In this document: positions 48,246 through 57,579 of the stretch, piece by piece
Numbering within the stretch: the first letter of the stretch is position 1
Layout: every line of letters begins with the position of its first letter
DNA from: Candidatus Magasanikiibacteriota bacterium
GTDB taxonomy: Bacteria; Patescibacteriota; Patescibacteriia; Magasanikbacterales; UBA922
NCBI GenBank assembly: GCA_052033375.1
Contig: JBPOJQ010000014.1
Location: forward strand, 342 to 64,341
DNA length: 64,000 nt
Direction: 5' to 3'
Program-made: the position numbers and the translations under genes
The notes under the pieces: generated by a model
The model's database searches: none
What the model was told of the DNA's origin: nothing
The model's input: only the letters and a program-made list of their open reading frames with translations

Positions 48246-49433
48246 TTATTTCCTTCCTTTTCCAACTTCTTTTGCAATTTCTGCAAAACGCGCAAGTCTT
48301 GAAACTAAGAGTTCTGGATCCTCTGTTTGGGGAATATCTATTATGAGAGAAGCGTATTCGCTAAGCGCATTCTCTTTAGCTTTTGGAAATTGTTCGGCAA
48401 GTGGGCGCATCTGTTTGTGAATTGCCTCAAAACGCTCCAATTCTTCCAAAGATTCTTCAATCACTGTTTGAGGACCAACAATACGTTCAACTGAGGTTAA
48501 CTTTTTATCTCCTGTTTCTGACTTTCCGCCTTTTTTTAGATACTTATACTGCAGCTTTTTTGATATATACGCCCGCTGATCTGCTTCTTTATATTTTTTT
48601 TCAAACAAATCACCCGCATTCCCAGCTTTTAATTTTTCCTGTGCCTCTTCATGAGTAACAATAGCATACCCCACGCTCAATTCTTGTATTTCTGATTGGG
48701 TCTCGGGTATACCCGGACGCTGCGTAAGTCCTTGGGTTTCTGAAATAACACGCTTTACAACTAGCGAATCTGGTATTTGCTCAGGCATCACCATCATGAA
48801 GCCAAATTCATCCCCGCCAAGACGAGCAACCACATCTCCTGATTTACGAAGTGCTTGTTCTAAAGAATTAGCTACAGAAGTTTTCAATCCGGCACTAAAC
48901 GATTTGATTAGTTCGTCCCCAGCCTCATGCCCCAATGCATCATTTATTTTTTTTAAGCTATCTAAATCTACAAACACAAAGACAATCTTTTGTCCTGATT
49001 GTAGATCCTCCACCGCTTTGACAAAACGTTCCCCCAATTCCACTTTATTGCGCATTTCAGACCTTTTGATTTCATTGTAGACCCTCTCCCTAAACCTTCC
49101 TAACATTCCCGAGAGGAACGCTTTTTTTTCAGCTTCTTTTTCATCTTCGTCTTTTTCTTGTCGCTCAATATGCTCCCTACCTTCTTGCACATCTTTCTGA
49201 AACTTTGCTTCTATTTCCTCCACTTTTTCGGGTGGTAATCTGACTCCTTTTTCTGCAAATATTTCTTCTAATATTCCTTGGGTTGCTTCTCCGCTATCCA
49301 CCACTTCTGAGCGCACAAATTTGTCTGGTCTTATAAAAATTTTTGTATCCACTTGTTTTCTCTCTTGTGGTCTCCTCGGTTTTCTTTCTCCAGCATTTTC
49401 TGGAGGTTTTGGCCCCCCGTTTTCTCTTCCCAT
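48246..49433 (-). CDS. GGDEF-domain diguanylate cyclase with N-terminal charged/coiled-coil region
   Basis: …VFVDLDSLKKINDALGHEAGDELIK… and …VARLGGDEFGFMM… (GG[D/E]EF active site). Confidence 0.8.
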   Translation of the reverse strand: MGRENGGPKPPENAGERKPRRPQERKQVDTKIFIRPDKFVRSEVVDSGEATQGILEEIFAEKGVRLPPEKVEEIEAKFQKDVQEGREHIERQEKDEDEKEAEKKAFLSGMLGRFRERVYNEIKRSEMRNKVELGERFVKAVEDLQSGQKIVFVFVDLDSLKKINDALGHEAGDELIKSFSAGLKTSVANSLEQALRKSGDVVARLGGDEFGFMMVMPEQIPDSLVVKRVISETQGLTQRPGIPETQSEIQELSVGYAIVTHEEAQEKLKAGNAGDLFEKKYKEADQRAYISKKLQYKYLKKGGKSETGDKKLTSVERIVGPQTVIEESLEELERFEAIHKQMRPLAEQFPKAKENALSEYASLIIDIPQTEDPELLVSRLARFAEIAKEVGKGRK

Positions 49434-49488
49434 ATAGTATAAATTAAAAACTCTACACCATTTCTAGTGCAGAGTTAGTATATTTGCT

Positions 49489-49758
49489 TTAAGCTTTCTT
49501 TACAAGTTTCGCAGCTTTTGTAGACATACGTGAGAGATATCGTGATGCAGTGTTCTGCTTCAATACCCCTTTCTTCACCGCCTTGTCTAATTTCTTCTGA
49601 GCAATCTTGATTTTTTCTACTACATCTTTTTCACCTTTTTCTACTGCGGTTCGGGCCTTTTTGAGAGCCTCTTTATATGCGCGTTTGAATACCAGGTTTT
49701 CAGCTTCGCGTCTTTTTGATTGGCGAAGAGCTTTCTTCGCATTTCTTAAAATTGGCAT
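49489..49758 (-). CDS. rpsT: 30S ribosomal protein S20
   Basis: MPILRNAKKALRQSKRREAENLVFKRAYKEALKK… canonical S20; ORF track start 49773. Confidence 0.85.
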   Translation of the reverse strand: MPILRNAKKALRQSKRREAENLVFKRAYKEALKKARTAVEKGEKDVVEKIKIAQKKLDKAVKKGVLKQNTASRYLSRMSTKAAKLVKKA

Positions 49759-49885
49759 AGTTTCAATTAACAATTAGCAATAAACAACTAACAAAATCTG
49801 GGACATCGAGCATGTATTGTTAATTGCTCGTTGTTAGTCGTTCGTTAAAATGTGTGAGAGTAGGGAGAGTATAGCTAAGTGTAGC

Positions 49886-50983
49886 CTAATTGTCAAGCTG
49901 TGGCTTATCTAGGAGATCAGGTACGATTACCTTCTCACTTGCCCCGGTGATTCTGACCACATCTTTATCAATTTTACCCAGTTCCTTATACGCAGTGTTG
50001 AAATGATTGACCGTGGTCGACATACTCAATCCGAGCTTTTTCATATATTCATCATATGCATTAAGGTGTTTTCCTAGCATCTCTACATTTTTCCGAATCA
50101 TCTTAGCACCTTCTTCAATCTTCAAAGCTCGGAGACCGAAGAGTACGGTCTGGAGATAGGCTGAGAACGTTGTTGGTGAGACTATTACCACTTTCTTTTC
50201 ATTGAATGCATAATCAATCAGATTTCTGGTATTTACTTTTACAGCCCCCACTTCATTCACCAGGAGATCATAATAGATTGCTTCAGATGGAATATACATG
50301 AATGCAAATTCCAGCGTTCCCTCATCTGGCTTAATATATTTTGCTGTTTCATCAATTCGTTTTTTCAAATCATTTTTAAATTCTTTCTCAAGTTGCTCTC
50401 TGTTTGGACCCTCTGATTCATGAATCAATCGTTCGTAATTATCCAGAGAAAATTTAGAATCAACAGGAATTATTCCTTCTTTGGTAAATATCGCAACATC
50501 AACAATATCTCCATTATTAAAATGGTACTGGGTTTTAAAATCATTGGGTGATAAAATATTTTCAAGCAATAATTGAAGTCCCACTTCACCCAAATTCCCT
50601 CTCTGTTTCTGATGCTTCAACACTTTTTCAAGATTACTCAACTGTTCTGAAAAGCCAATTACTTGCTGATTGGTCTTATCTAGACTGGTTAATTTTTCGG
50701 TAATATCAGTAATGATTTTTGAACTCTGTGCAAATTGTGTTTGGAGTGTGTGGTGTAAATTCTGTTGACCATCTCCTACGATTTTATATGTTTCTGAAAT
50801 TTTACTATCCATTGTTTTTTGCATATCCTGCAACTGTTGTTGCAACATAAGAAACACTCCTTTGTCTTCATCAGGATTTTTCTTCTCCGCCTTACTTAAT
50901 TTTTTATACATTAATATAATCACCGCAAGCATCCCGAACAACAGTACGACAAATATTCCTAATAACACATTATTCATATACAA
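49886..50983 (-). CDS. rmuC: DNA recombination protein RmuC
   Basis: N-terminal TM helix, long coiled coil, C-terminal RmuC nuclease-like domain (…IVDVAIFTKEGIIPVDSKFSLDNY…FAFMYIPSEAIYYDL…). Confidence 0.8.
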   Translation of the reverse strand: MYMNNVLLGIFVVLLFGMLAVIILMYKKLSKAEKKNPDEDKGVFLMLQQQLQDMQKTMDSKISETYKIVGDGQQNLHHTLQTQFAQSSKIITDITEKLTSLDKTNQQVIGFSEQLSNLEKVLKHQKQRGNLGEVGLQLLLENILSPNDFKTQYHFNNGDIVDVAIFTKEGIIPVDSKFSLDNYERLIHESEGPNREQLEKEFKNDLKKRIDETAKYIKPDEGTLEFAFMYIPSEAIYYDLLVNEVGAVKVNTRNLIDYAFNEKKVVIVSPTTFSAYLQTVLFGLRALKIEEGAKMIRKNVEMLGKHLNAYDEYMKKLGLSMSTTVNHFNTAYKELGKIDKDVVRITGASEKVIVPDLLDKPQLDN

Positions 50984-51321
50984 CTAATTAGTATTTTCAT
51001 CATCCGGAGGATTCTTTTTTCCAACTTTACCAAAGAAAAATACAATGAGTGCGGCTCCTGCAGCACCAACGATAAGAATAAGAATTGATAAAAATCCATC
51101 CATAGTATTATCCATAATAACACAAACTTTTCTCTCTGTCATTCCCATACATACGTCATTCCCGCGAAAGTGGGAATCTTTTAGTCAAAGGACTGTAAAA
51201 CAAAAAGACACCACGATTGTGATGTACTTTTGGTTTGGGCGGAGCTCTTTGGCAGAACTCCGCAGTTTGTATGGGCTTTACTTCCGTGCCATTGGAAGGA
51301 GTGCGAGATGCGCCCAGATGT

Positions 51322-51807
51322 TCACCCCCAGAATCCGAGTCGCTGCCACCAGTGCGGCGGGTATTGTTTTTGAGGAATGTACACTCCCTCATGATCCAGG
51401 AATTTCCCCACCTGCGGTGGCGGACAGCCTAGTTCAAGACTATTGATCATGAAGATGAAGTTGCACACCCCTTTTCCGAGATAGGTCGAGAATGCGATCA
51501 CCCCTCCTCGACTCTTCAGGTACCCGAACTGATCGATTCCATGAAATCCGAACGGTAGCTCGAGTCTGAAGGTCAATAGTACTGAGAAATCCTTTCCTGA
51601 AGCATTTCTTAGTACAACGGTATGCATTCCCGGTTTCATGTTGACTCCTGCTGAACCGGGATAGTTCCACACCAGTCGTTGGTGGTCAGGACAGGTATCA
51701 ACAAACCCCTTCATGAACCCGAACTTCTTCACCATCTCCTTGCCAAGGAAGATAGCGGTAGCGAGGAAGATCAGAGCAAAGATCCATCCGATCATGATTT
51801 TCTCCAT
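51322..51807 (-). CDS. hypothetical membrane-anchored protein on a GC-rich islet
   Basis: 161-aa ORF, N-terminal TM helix, C/G-ending codons, flanked by AT-rich spacers. Confidence 0.4.
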   Translation of the reverse strand: MEKIMIGWIFALIFLATAIFLGKEMVKKFGFMKGFVDTCPDHQRLVWNYPGSAGVNMKPGMHTVVLRNASGKDFSVLLTFRLELPFGFHGIDQFGYLKSRGGVIAFSTYLGKGVCNFIFMINSLELGCPPPQVGKFLDHEGVYIPQKQYPPHWWQRLGFWG

Positions 51808-51972
51808 GTCCTTGGTTGTAAGGACAAAAAATTATATTACAAAACACCTCCTTTGTCAAGGTTATTTGACACATATTTACCAAGCTCTAAAACTATCTTG
51901 TAAATTTATATTTACTAATATATACTATATATATGCTTAATTATTATCTATTGTAAATTTATATTTACAATT

Positions 51973-52716
51973 ATGCAGATTGAAGAGCTGGTAAAAATTG
52001 GATTGGCAGAAACTGAAGCAAAGACATATCTTGCTCTTCTTGAACTTGGATCAGGAACTGTGACATCAATCACCCACCGAGCTGGTATTACCCGCACCCT
52101 TGGCTACCACTCACTTGATCGATTAGTAGAGTTAGATTTGATTGAACAAAAAAAGAATTCACAGCCCGCAGAGTTCCACGTGAAACATCCACGAAAATTA
52201 ATTGAGTATGCGGAACGACAAAAAAACTTGTGGAACAATCGTATAAATGACGCGGAAATTCTCTTGCCAAAACTTGAGTCGTCATATACAATGCTCGGGC
52301 ACCCATTTCTTTCACATCGTGTAGGAAAAGAAGCGGTATTGGATTTGTATAGAACACTGTATACAAATAAAACTGCATTTATCTCTCTTCTCAATCCTAC
52401 CATTCTCGACCGTGAAACTCTTATAGACTTTTTCCAAGCTAAATCTCAGTCTGATAGCTCCTCACACATTTGTTGTATATTTGATACTCCGAAAAATAGA
52501 CTTATTCTCGAGGATCTTCCCAGGACACCTGTCATTACATGGATTTCTTCCTCGAAAGTACACGCAGATGTATACAAAGCGATTGAAATTATCATCTCCG
52601 AAGATACTGTACATACTATCAGCAGTAAGGATGGTGAATTGTGTATCGATAGTATTACTCACCAAGCAACCACAGGCTTAATGTACACACTATTGTATAC
52701 ATTAATAGAAAAATAG
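51973..52716 (+). CDS. TrmB-family transcriptional regulator
   Basis: N-terminal wHTH …LVKIGLAETEAKTYLALLELGSGTVTSITHRAGITRTLGYHSLDRLVELDLIEQ… typical TrmB; C-terminal TrmB_C-like domain. Confidence 0.6.
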   Translation: MQIEELVKIGLAETEAKTYLALLELGSGTVTSITHRAGITRTLGYHSLDRLVELDLIEQKKNSQPAEFHVKHPRKLIEYAERQKNLWNNRINDAEILLPKLESSYTMLGHPFLSHRVGKEAVLDLYRTLYTNKTAFISLLNPTILDRETLIDFFQAKSQSDSSSHICCIFDTPKNRLILEDLPRTPVITWISSSKVHADVYKAIEIIISEDTVHTISSKDGELCIDSITHQATTGLMYTLLYTLIEK

Positions 52717-52792
52717 CTTCGTTACCCACTCTGTTTCATGTGAAACAAACAGCGGGATACAATCCAATTGCCGACCTCCCGCCATGGCCCAT

Positions 52793-52865
52793 GCTCTCGT
52801 AGTTCAATGGATAGAACAAGACACTCCTAACGTCTAGATACAGGTTCGATTCCTGTCGAGGGCAC
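52793..52865 (+). tRNA. tRNA-Arg (anticodon CCT)
   Basis: Manual fold: acceptor GCTCTCG/CGAGGGC, D-arm GTTC…GAAC, anticodon stem AGACA/CGTCT loop CTCCTAA, T-arm ACAGG TTCGATT CCTGT. Confidence 0.8.
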
Positions 52866-53246
52866 AGGCGATGGCAGGCTGAGAACAATAACCACAACTA
52901 CACGTAGACGCAGATCTATCTCACGATAGAAGTACTAACGTATCAAATTTACGTGATAGGGAGCACAGGCATAGTGTACAACTACACAGGTGATTTGCGT
53001 CTACACATCAAAATACTATCTCAAGATGGTGTTTTTATTTATACCTATCATACTCTAGTAGGGGGGAGTGGCACGCAGCTCATTATACGCAATCATGATC
53101 TACAAGGCTCATGTACAGGGCGTATGTACAAAAATTTTACTTATTTTTGCTTATTTAATAATATATAGTATGTCGTACAATATTATTATAGGTATATTTT
53201 ATAATTGGTCCTGCCAAAAAAAAATCTTTTTTTAGGTCATTCACAC

Positions 53247-53275
53247 CTTGCTTTTGTTTGTAACATGTGATATAA
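53247..53275 (+). promoter_or_regulatory. sigma70-type promoter (TTGCTT-17-TGaTATAAT) driving GC-rich small gene
   Basis: TTGCTT at 53247, 17-nt spacer, extended -10 TGATATAAT ending 53275; ATG at 53321 with AAGGTGGG RBS. Confidence 0.55.
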
Positions 53276-53320
53276 TCTTTTCAGTTTCTTTTCTACACAC
53301 ACCCCTTCAAGGTGGGAAGA

Positions 53321-53605
53321 ATGTACGAATTTCTTGTTTCGGCAGTCCTTATCGCTATCGCCGTCGATGTAGCTCGATACATCATCGAGCGCGTCGATGC
53401 AGATCGAACTCTCAAGAGCGTCGAAGACGCCGTCTCCCCTCCGCCGAAAGATAAAGTCGACGATATGGTGAGCTGGTTCTTCGCCCAAGAAGATCCCGTC
53501 AAAGACGTTCATCGTCCACACATGCGTTCTCCTCGGAGAAGAAGGTGTGACCGATACCAACGTCGCAGACCCCACGTGCCGTCCACGTCATGGAGGTGGC
53601 ACTAG
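53321..53605 (+). CDS. hypothetical small protein on a GC-rich islet (TM helix plus Arg-rich tail)
   Basis: MYEFLVSAVLIAIAVDV… GC-rich codons; two perfect palindromes (GGTGGCACTAGTGCCACC; GTGTCCCAGG…CCTGGGACAC) follow the stop. Confidence 0.4.
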   Translation: MYEFLVSAVLIAIAVDVARYIIERVDADRTLKSVEDAVSPPPKDKVDDMVSWFFAQEDPVKDVHRPHMRSPRRRRCDRYQRRRPHVPSTSWRWH

Positions 53606-53766
53606 TGCCACCTATCGACTCCTCCCCGTGTCCCAGGTTCGTTCGCACACCGAATGAGCCTGGGACACCTACTTCAAAGATTTCAATAATCTTTTTTTTA
53701 TTATATAAGGTTTGATTTTTTCTATCTCTTCTGTTACACTCCGCAATACAAAACTAACTTGTTATT

Positions 53767-54840
53767 ATGCTATCGATTGGAATTGTCGGACTCCCCAATG
53801 TAGGAAAATCAACACTCTTCAATGCGCTTACCAAAAGTAAGCTTGCTGAAGCTGCAAACTATCCTTTTTGCACGATTGAGCCGAATGTGGGAGTCGTTGA
53901 AGTTCCTGATGCACGCCTTGCCCCTCTTGCTACCACTTCAAAATCTGGAAAAATCATCCCAACCGCGATTCAATTCGTTGATATTGCTGGAATTGTAAAA
54001 GGTGCATCAGAAGGAGAAGGGTTGGGAAATAAATTTCTTACCCATATTCGCGAGGCTGACGCAATCGTGCAAGTGGTCCGTGCATTTGAAGATGGAAATA
54101 TTATACACGTCGCAGGAAAAGTGGATCCCAAAGATGATAGCGATGTCATCAATCTCGAACTTGCTCTTGCTGATCTCGCGACTGTGTCAAAACGATTGGA
54201 TAAAACAAAACGTGATGCAAAAGGCGCAGCCGCAAAAGGAAAAGAAGTGGAAATTGCAGTGCTCGAAAAACTAAATGCACAACTCGAAGGAGGAAAGGCG
54301 ACTCGTGAACTAGAATTTAACGATGAAGAAAAAATAATCGTCCGTGATTTACATTTACTTACCATGAAACCAATGATGTATGTGGTAAATGTGAAAGAAG
54401 ATATGATTGGAAAGGCTGATTTCTCCCCAATTTTCGGCACAACCCCGTATATCGAAATTAGCGCAAAAATCGAAGCAGAAATTGCAGAACTTTCTTCTGA
54501 TGATGCAAAAATGTTTATGGAAGATTTGGGAATGAAAGAGACCGGGCTTGATCGATTGATTGTTGCTGGATACAAACTACTTAATCTCATCACCTATTTT
54601 ACTTCCGGAGAACAGGAAACTCGAGCATGGACGGTGACGCGTGGGACACTGGGGCCTGACGCCGCAGGAGTCATCCATACCGATTTTATCAAAGGATATA
54701 TCAAAGCTGATGTCGCGAGTGTTGCTGACTTTGTAGAACTTGGTGGCTGGCCAGGAGTGAAGGAAAAAGGCAAGATGCAGCTCGTCGGAAAAGATTATGA
54801 AGTGAAAGATGGTGATGTATGTTATTTTCATATTGCATAG
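53767..54840 (+). CDS. ychF: ribosome-binding ATPase YchF
   Basis: MLSIGIVGLPNVGKSTLFNALT…AANYPFCTIEPNVG… canonical YchF G1/G2, C-terminal TGS domain. Confidence 0.9.
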   Translation: MLSIGIVGLPNVGKSTLFNALTKSKLAEAANYPFCTIEPNVGVVEVPDARLAPLATTSKSGKIIPTAIQFVDIAGIVKGASEGEGLGNKFLTHIREADAIVQVVRAFEDGNIIHVAGKVDPKDDSDVINLELALADLATVSKRLDKTKRDAKGAAAKGKEVEIAVLEKLNAQLEGGKATRELEFNDEEKIIVRDLHLLTMKPMMYVVNVKEDMIGKADFSPIFGTTPYIEISAKIEAEIAELSSDDAKMFMEDLGMKETGLDRLIVAGYKLLNLITYFTSGEQETRAWTVTRGTLGPDAAGVIHTDFIKGYIKADVASVADFVELGGWPGVKEKGKMQLVGKDYEVKDGDVCYFHIA

Positions 54841-55037
54841 GAAAGTCAAAGTTTAAAACACACACGTAAAGAGATAATATACATACACTGTGAAATTAAA
54901 AAACCGCCCTCCCATTCGAGGTGCGGTTTTATTTTAGGATTTCGTTCTAATTTTCAGAACTCATCAGTTCACGTTTCACATGAAGATCCTTTGGAGCCAG
55001 CTCGACCTAGTGTCGAGTCTGACTCCGCGTAACATTG

Positions 55038-55751
55038 TCACGGCGCTCGGGTGAGTACCACACGCACTGGCTTGGTGAGGTACACCCCTTTTGGATTGCC
55101 CCCTCCATCAGGCCAATATTCGACGATCACCCCACCTGCGTGGCCATCGAGAAGCACTCCTCCACCGAATGATTCGACCAAACTCACCTCGAAGCTCTGT
55201 TCGACGACATCTTTCTCAAAGGGAAAGTCCCGCCACCAGATGTTGAGGAAGAATTCGAGTGAATCTCCCTCCGCAAGACCGTCGGTATCCCCGTCGATCA
55301 TGCCGTAGGCGTGGTCGACCTGAACACCTGCGCTGTACCACCAGCCACGGTACCTGTTCTCCTCACCCTCAGGGAGATGACTCAGGTGCATATCCGGCAG
55401 TCCGAAGATTGAGTACTCACCTTCTTCCTCCCATTGGACCTTGAAGCCCACGCCGTGGAAGTTCAGGTTCGTACACCCACGGATCTCGACCTTCATGACC
55501 ACAGTGTCCATGGCCATGTCTGGATCGTCTGGGATCTCGACCCTGACTTCGTCCTCCGCGATCGTGCGGACGATGTAGTCGATACCCTCCGGGCACCCAG
55601 AGGTGATCTCTTCCGAGGAGTCGGAAGGTAGCACCGTTTCTACTGCGTCCAGATGTGCATCCTCACGCTTGACGCCACCCTCCCGAGCTTCGAGACAGGC
55701 GACGTTCATGATGGCAACGGCGGCGAAGACGATGGTAACGATAGAATTCAT
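55038..55751 (-). CDS. hypothetical secreted protein on a GC-rich islet
   Basis: 237 aa; signal peptide MNSIVTIVFAAVAIMNVACLEA; acidic beta-rich body; strong G/C third positions. Confidence 0.45.
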   Translation of the reverse strand: MNSIVTIVFAAVAIMNVACLEAREGGVKREDAHLDAVETVLPSDSSEEITSGCPEGIDYIVRTIAEDEVRVEIPDDPDMAMDTVVMKVEIRGCTNLNFHGVGFKVQWEEEGEYSIFGLPDMHLSHLPEGEENRYRGWWYSAGVQVDHAYGMIDGDTDGLAEGDSLEFFLNIWWRDFPFEKDVVEQSFEVSLVESFGGGVLLDGHAGGVIVEYWPDGGGNPKGVYLTKPVRVVLTRAP

Positions 55752-55854
55752 GAGAACACTCCTTGGGCCATGAGGCCTCGTTTGGTTGACACGGAATAAT
55801 ATACATCATAAAAAGAGCATTTTGTCAATGCTCCACGACCTCTGTTGTATACTT

Positions 55855-56115
55855 TTATGGTATGTCTTCACCGCCCTTTGACCATGGATTACACCGGATA
55901 ATGCGCCAGATGGTCAATGGAACTCCTCGAATTACTCCATATTTTTTGATTGCCTGATATCCATATTCACTACAGGTGGGATGAAATTTGCAGTATCCAT
56001 ACGGAAATTTTGCTTTTAAAGGTCCATGATCGGGCGAAAGTGTTCGTTGGTAGACGCGGATTAAAAACAGAAGAATATATTTTGGAATAGAAACAATAAA
56101 TCTCAATAAACGCAT
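55855..56115 (-). CDS. yidD: membrane protein insertion efficiency factor YidD
   Basis: …[57 protein letters not shown]… YidD signature; downstream of rnpA. Confidence 0.8.
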   Translation of the reverse strand: MRLLRFIVSIPKYILLFLIRVYQRTLSPDHGPLKAKFPYGYCKFHPTCSEYGYQAIKKYGVIRGVPLTIWRIIRCNPWSKGGEDIP

Positions 56116-56150
56116 ATTTTATTATATTTGAGCGAAAAATCCGTATTATA

Positions 56151-56528
56151 TTACACAAGAAGTCGTCCTTTTTTGAGAATTGACTCAATATCTGTCTTTA
56201 TCTGAATATAATCTGCGTCAAAAAGCTTAGGCGTTGAGAGAAATGCAATAAAATATCCTGACCTAATTTGTCCCTCTTTTACCAAAAGACGTACTACTTC
56301 ACGCATCTGTCGCTTTACGCGATTACGCCCTACCGCTTTCTTTTCATGTTTTACACTCGCAACAAACCCAATTTTTAAATCATTCTCTTTATATCCTCGT
56401 TTTGGAAATTTACTAGGGTCTATTTTCCATATTTTTGCATTCATGAGTGATCCTACGACAAATCTGCCTTCAGCAAACAGGATTTCAAAATCTTTCATTT
56501 TTTTGAGACGGTGCTCCTGAGGAAGCAT
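56151..56528 (-). CDS. rnpA: ribonuclease P protein component
   Basis: …LKIGFVASVKHEKKAVGRNRVKRQMREVVR… RnpA RNR motif; rpmH-rnpA-yidD order. Confidence 0.85.
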   Translation of the reverse strand: MLPQEHRLKKMKDFEILFAEGRFVVGSLMNAKIWKIDPSKFPKRGYKENDLKIGFVASVKHEKKAVGRNRVKRQMREVVRLLVKEGQIRSGYFIAFLSTPKLFDADYIQIKTDIESILKKGRLLV

Positions 56529-56695
56529 ATATTATTTATTCCCTTACCCAAAAGACTGGGTTATGGCTGTTGGGGGTTGATCCTAATAAAAGGACCAACC
56601 CCCGTGATGATGCTGCCTGATTAGAGGCGTACACCTAACATAGTATAAACAACAACCCCGCTCATGACAAAGGGCGGGGTTGTTAATTTCTTTTT

Positions 56696-56872
56696 TTATC
56701 TGGTTTTTTTAGTTCGCTTTCCTTTTCGTTCACTGCTTACAGTAAGCTTTTTTCGTCCTTTAGCTCGACGACGTTTCAACACATCGCGACCATTTTTGGT
56801 TGTCATTTTTTTCAAAAACCCATGAGTCTTTGCTCGTTTACGTTTTTTTGGCTGATATTTTCGTTTTGGCAT
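56696..56872 (-). CDS. rpmH: 50S ribosomal protein L34 (with short basic C-terminal extension)
   Basis: Not in ORF track (<60 aa); manual translation [45 protein letters not shown]… matches L34; positioned upstream of rnpA. Confidence 0.75.
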   Translation of the reverse strand: MPKRKYQPKKRKRAKTHGFLKKMTTKNGRDVLKRRRAKGRKKLTVSSERKGKRTKKTR

Positions 56873-57056
56873 ACAAAATTGCTCCTTAAGAAGTTATTTA
56901 ATAAATATACTATACACTATTTTTTGTGTTTTGTCAAGAAAAAATCTCTAATTTTAGTGAATTTAGGAGCACTGCGCCAAACCCGTGCATCCAGTCCGAA
57001 GACCGTGATGTCAAAAGTTGGCGCAGCGCTACGAAAGAGTTCCCTCTTGCCCCCCC

Positions 57057-57332
57057 CTAGCGGACGAGTGGGTACCGGAAGAACAGGGTGTATGCACCAG
57101 GAGGCACACGCGGAATCGTCCCCTCGGCATGAGGAGGAATTCTCGTCGTCTCAGCGATCGCCTTCGGCGACTCTCCGTGCCGGACCACACAGCACTCCAG
57201 ATGATGGCTCCTGTGGTTCGTCACGACAGCTTCTCCCCCTTCGTTCACAACCACCGCAACTCTCCCATAGTCATGGGCCGTGCGGCCGGGCTTGCCGAGC
57301 CTCAGACTACTCCATCGTTCTAGATTCGACAT
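57057..57332 (-). CDS. hypothetical small protein on a GC-rich islet in the rpmH-dnaA spacer
   Basis: 91-aa minus ORF with AGAGGAA RBS 5 nt before ATG and TTGACA…TACTAT-like promoter upstream; preferred over overlapping plus-strand S/P/R-rich ORFs. Confidence 0.35.
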   Translation of the reverse strand: MSNLERWSSLRLGKPGRTAHDYGRVAVVVNEGGEAVVTNHRSHHLECCVVRHGESPKAIAETTRIPPHAEGTIPRVPPGAYTLFFRYPLVR

Positions 57333-57470
57333 GCGGTTCCTCTTGCGTGAGTTGGGTTTTCTCCCCGTACATACCCCTAATTCAGGAGTACTTTAGAGAT
57401 GAACGATAGTAAACACAAAAAAAGCTTAGTTGTCAATAATTTTAATTTCAGGCATACTAGTTTCTCCCAC

Positions 57471-57567
57471 ATTATCCACACCATCCACAGGTAATCCACA
57501 CTCTGTGCACTTTACCCTTCACTCTAAGGATACTTGGTATTTTGAAACTGTGTTACAATTCCACACA
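57471..57567. promoter_or_regulatory. DnaA-box cluster upstream of dnaA
   Basis: TTATCCACA (perfect), CATCCACAG, TAATCCACA, TTCCACACA within ~100 bp before dnaA start. Confidence 0.55.
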
Positions 57568-57579
57568 TAATAAAAAAAT

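Noticed and set aside
56529-56695. Hairpin-rich 167-bp spacer between rnpA and rpmH as a possible ncRNA
   Set aside because: It contains only two simple hairpins (CAACCCCGC…GCGGGGTTG and GGTTGATCC…GGACCAACC). They are adequately explained as a terminator or attenuator for rpmH with an rnpA leader, and carry no recognisable motif.
56822-57409. Plus-strand 195-aa ORF (and 57018-57323) in the rpmH-dnaA spacer
   Set aside because: S/P/R-rich low-complexity translation typical of an antisense frame in GC-rich DNA. The minus-strand ORF has RBS and promoter support.
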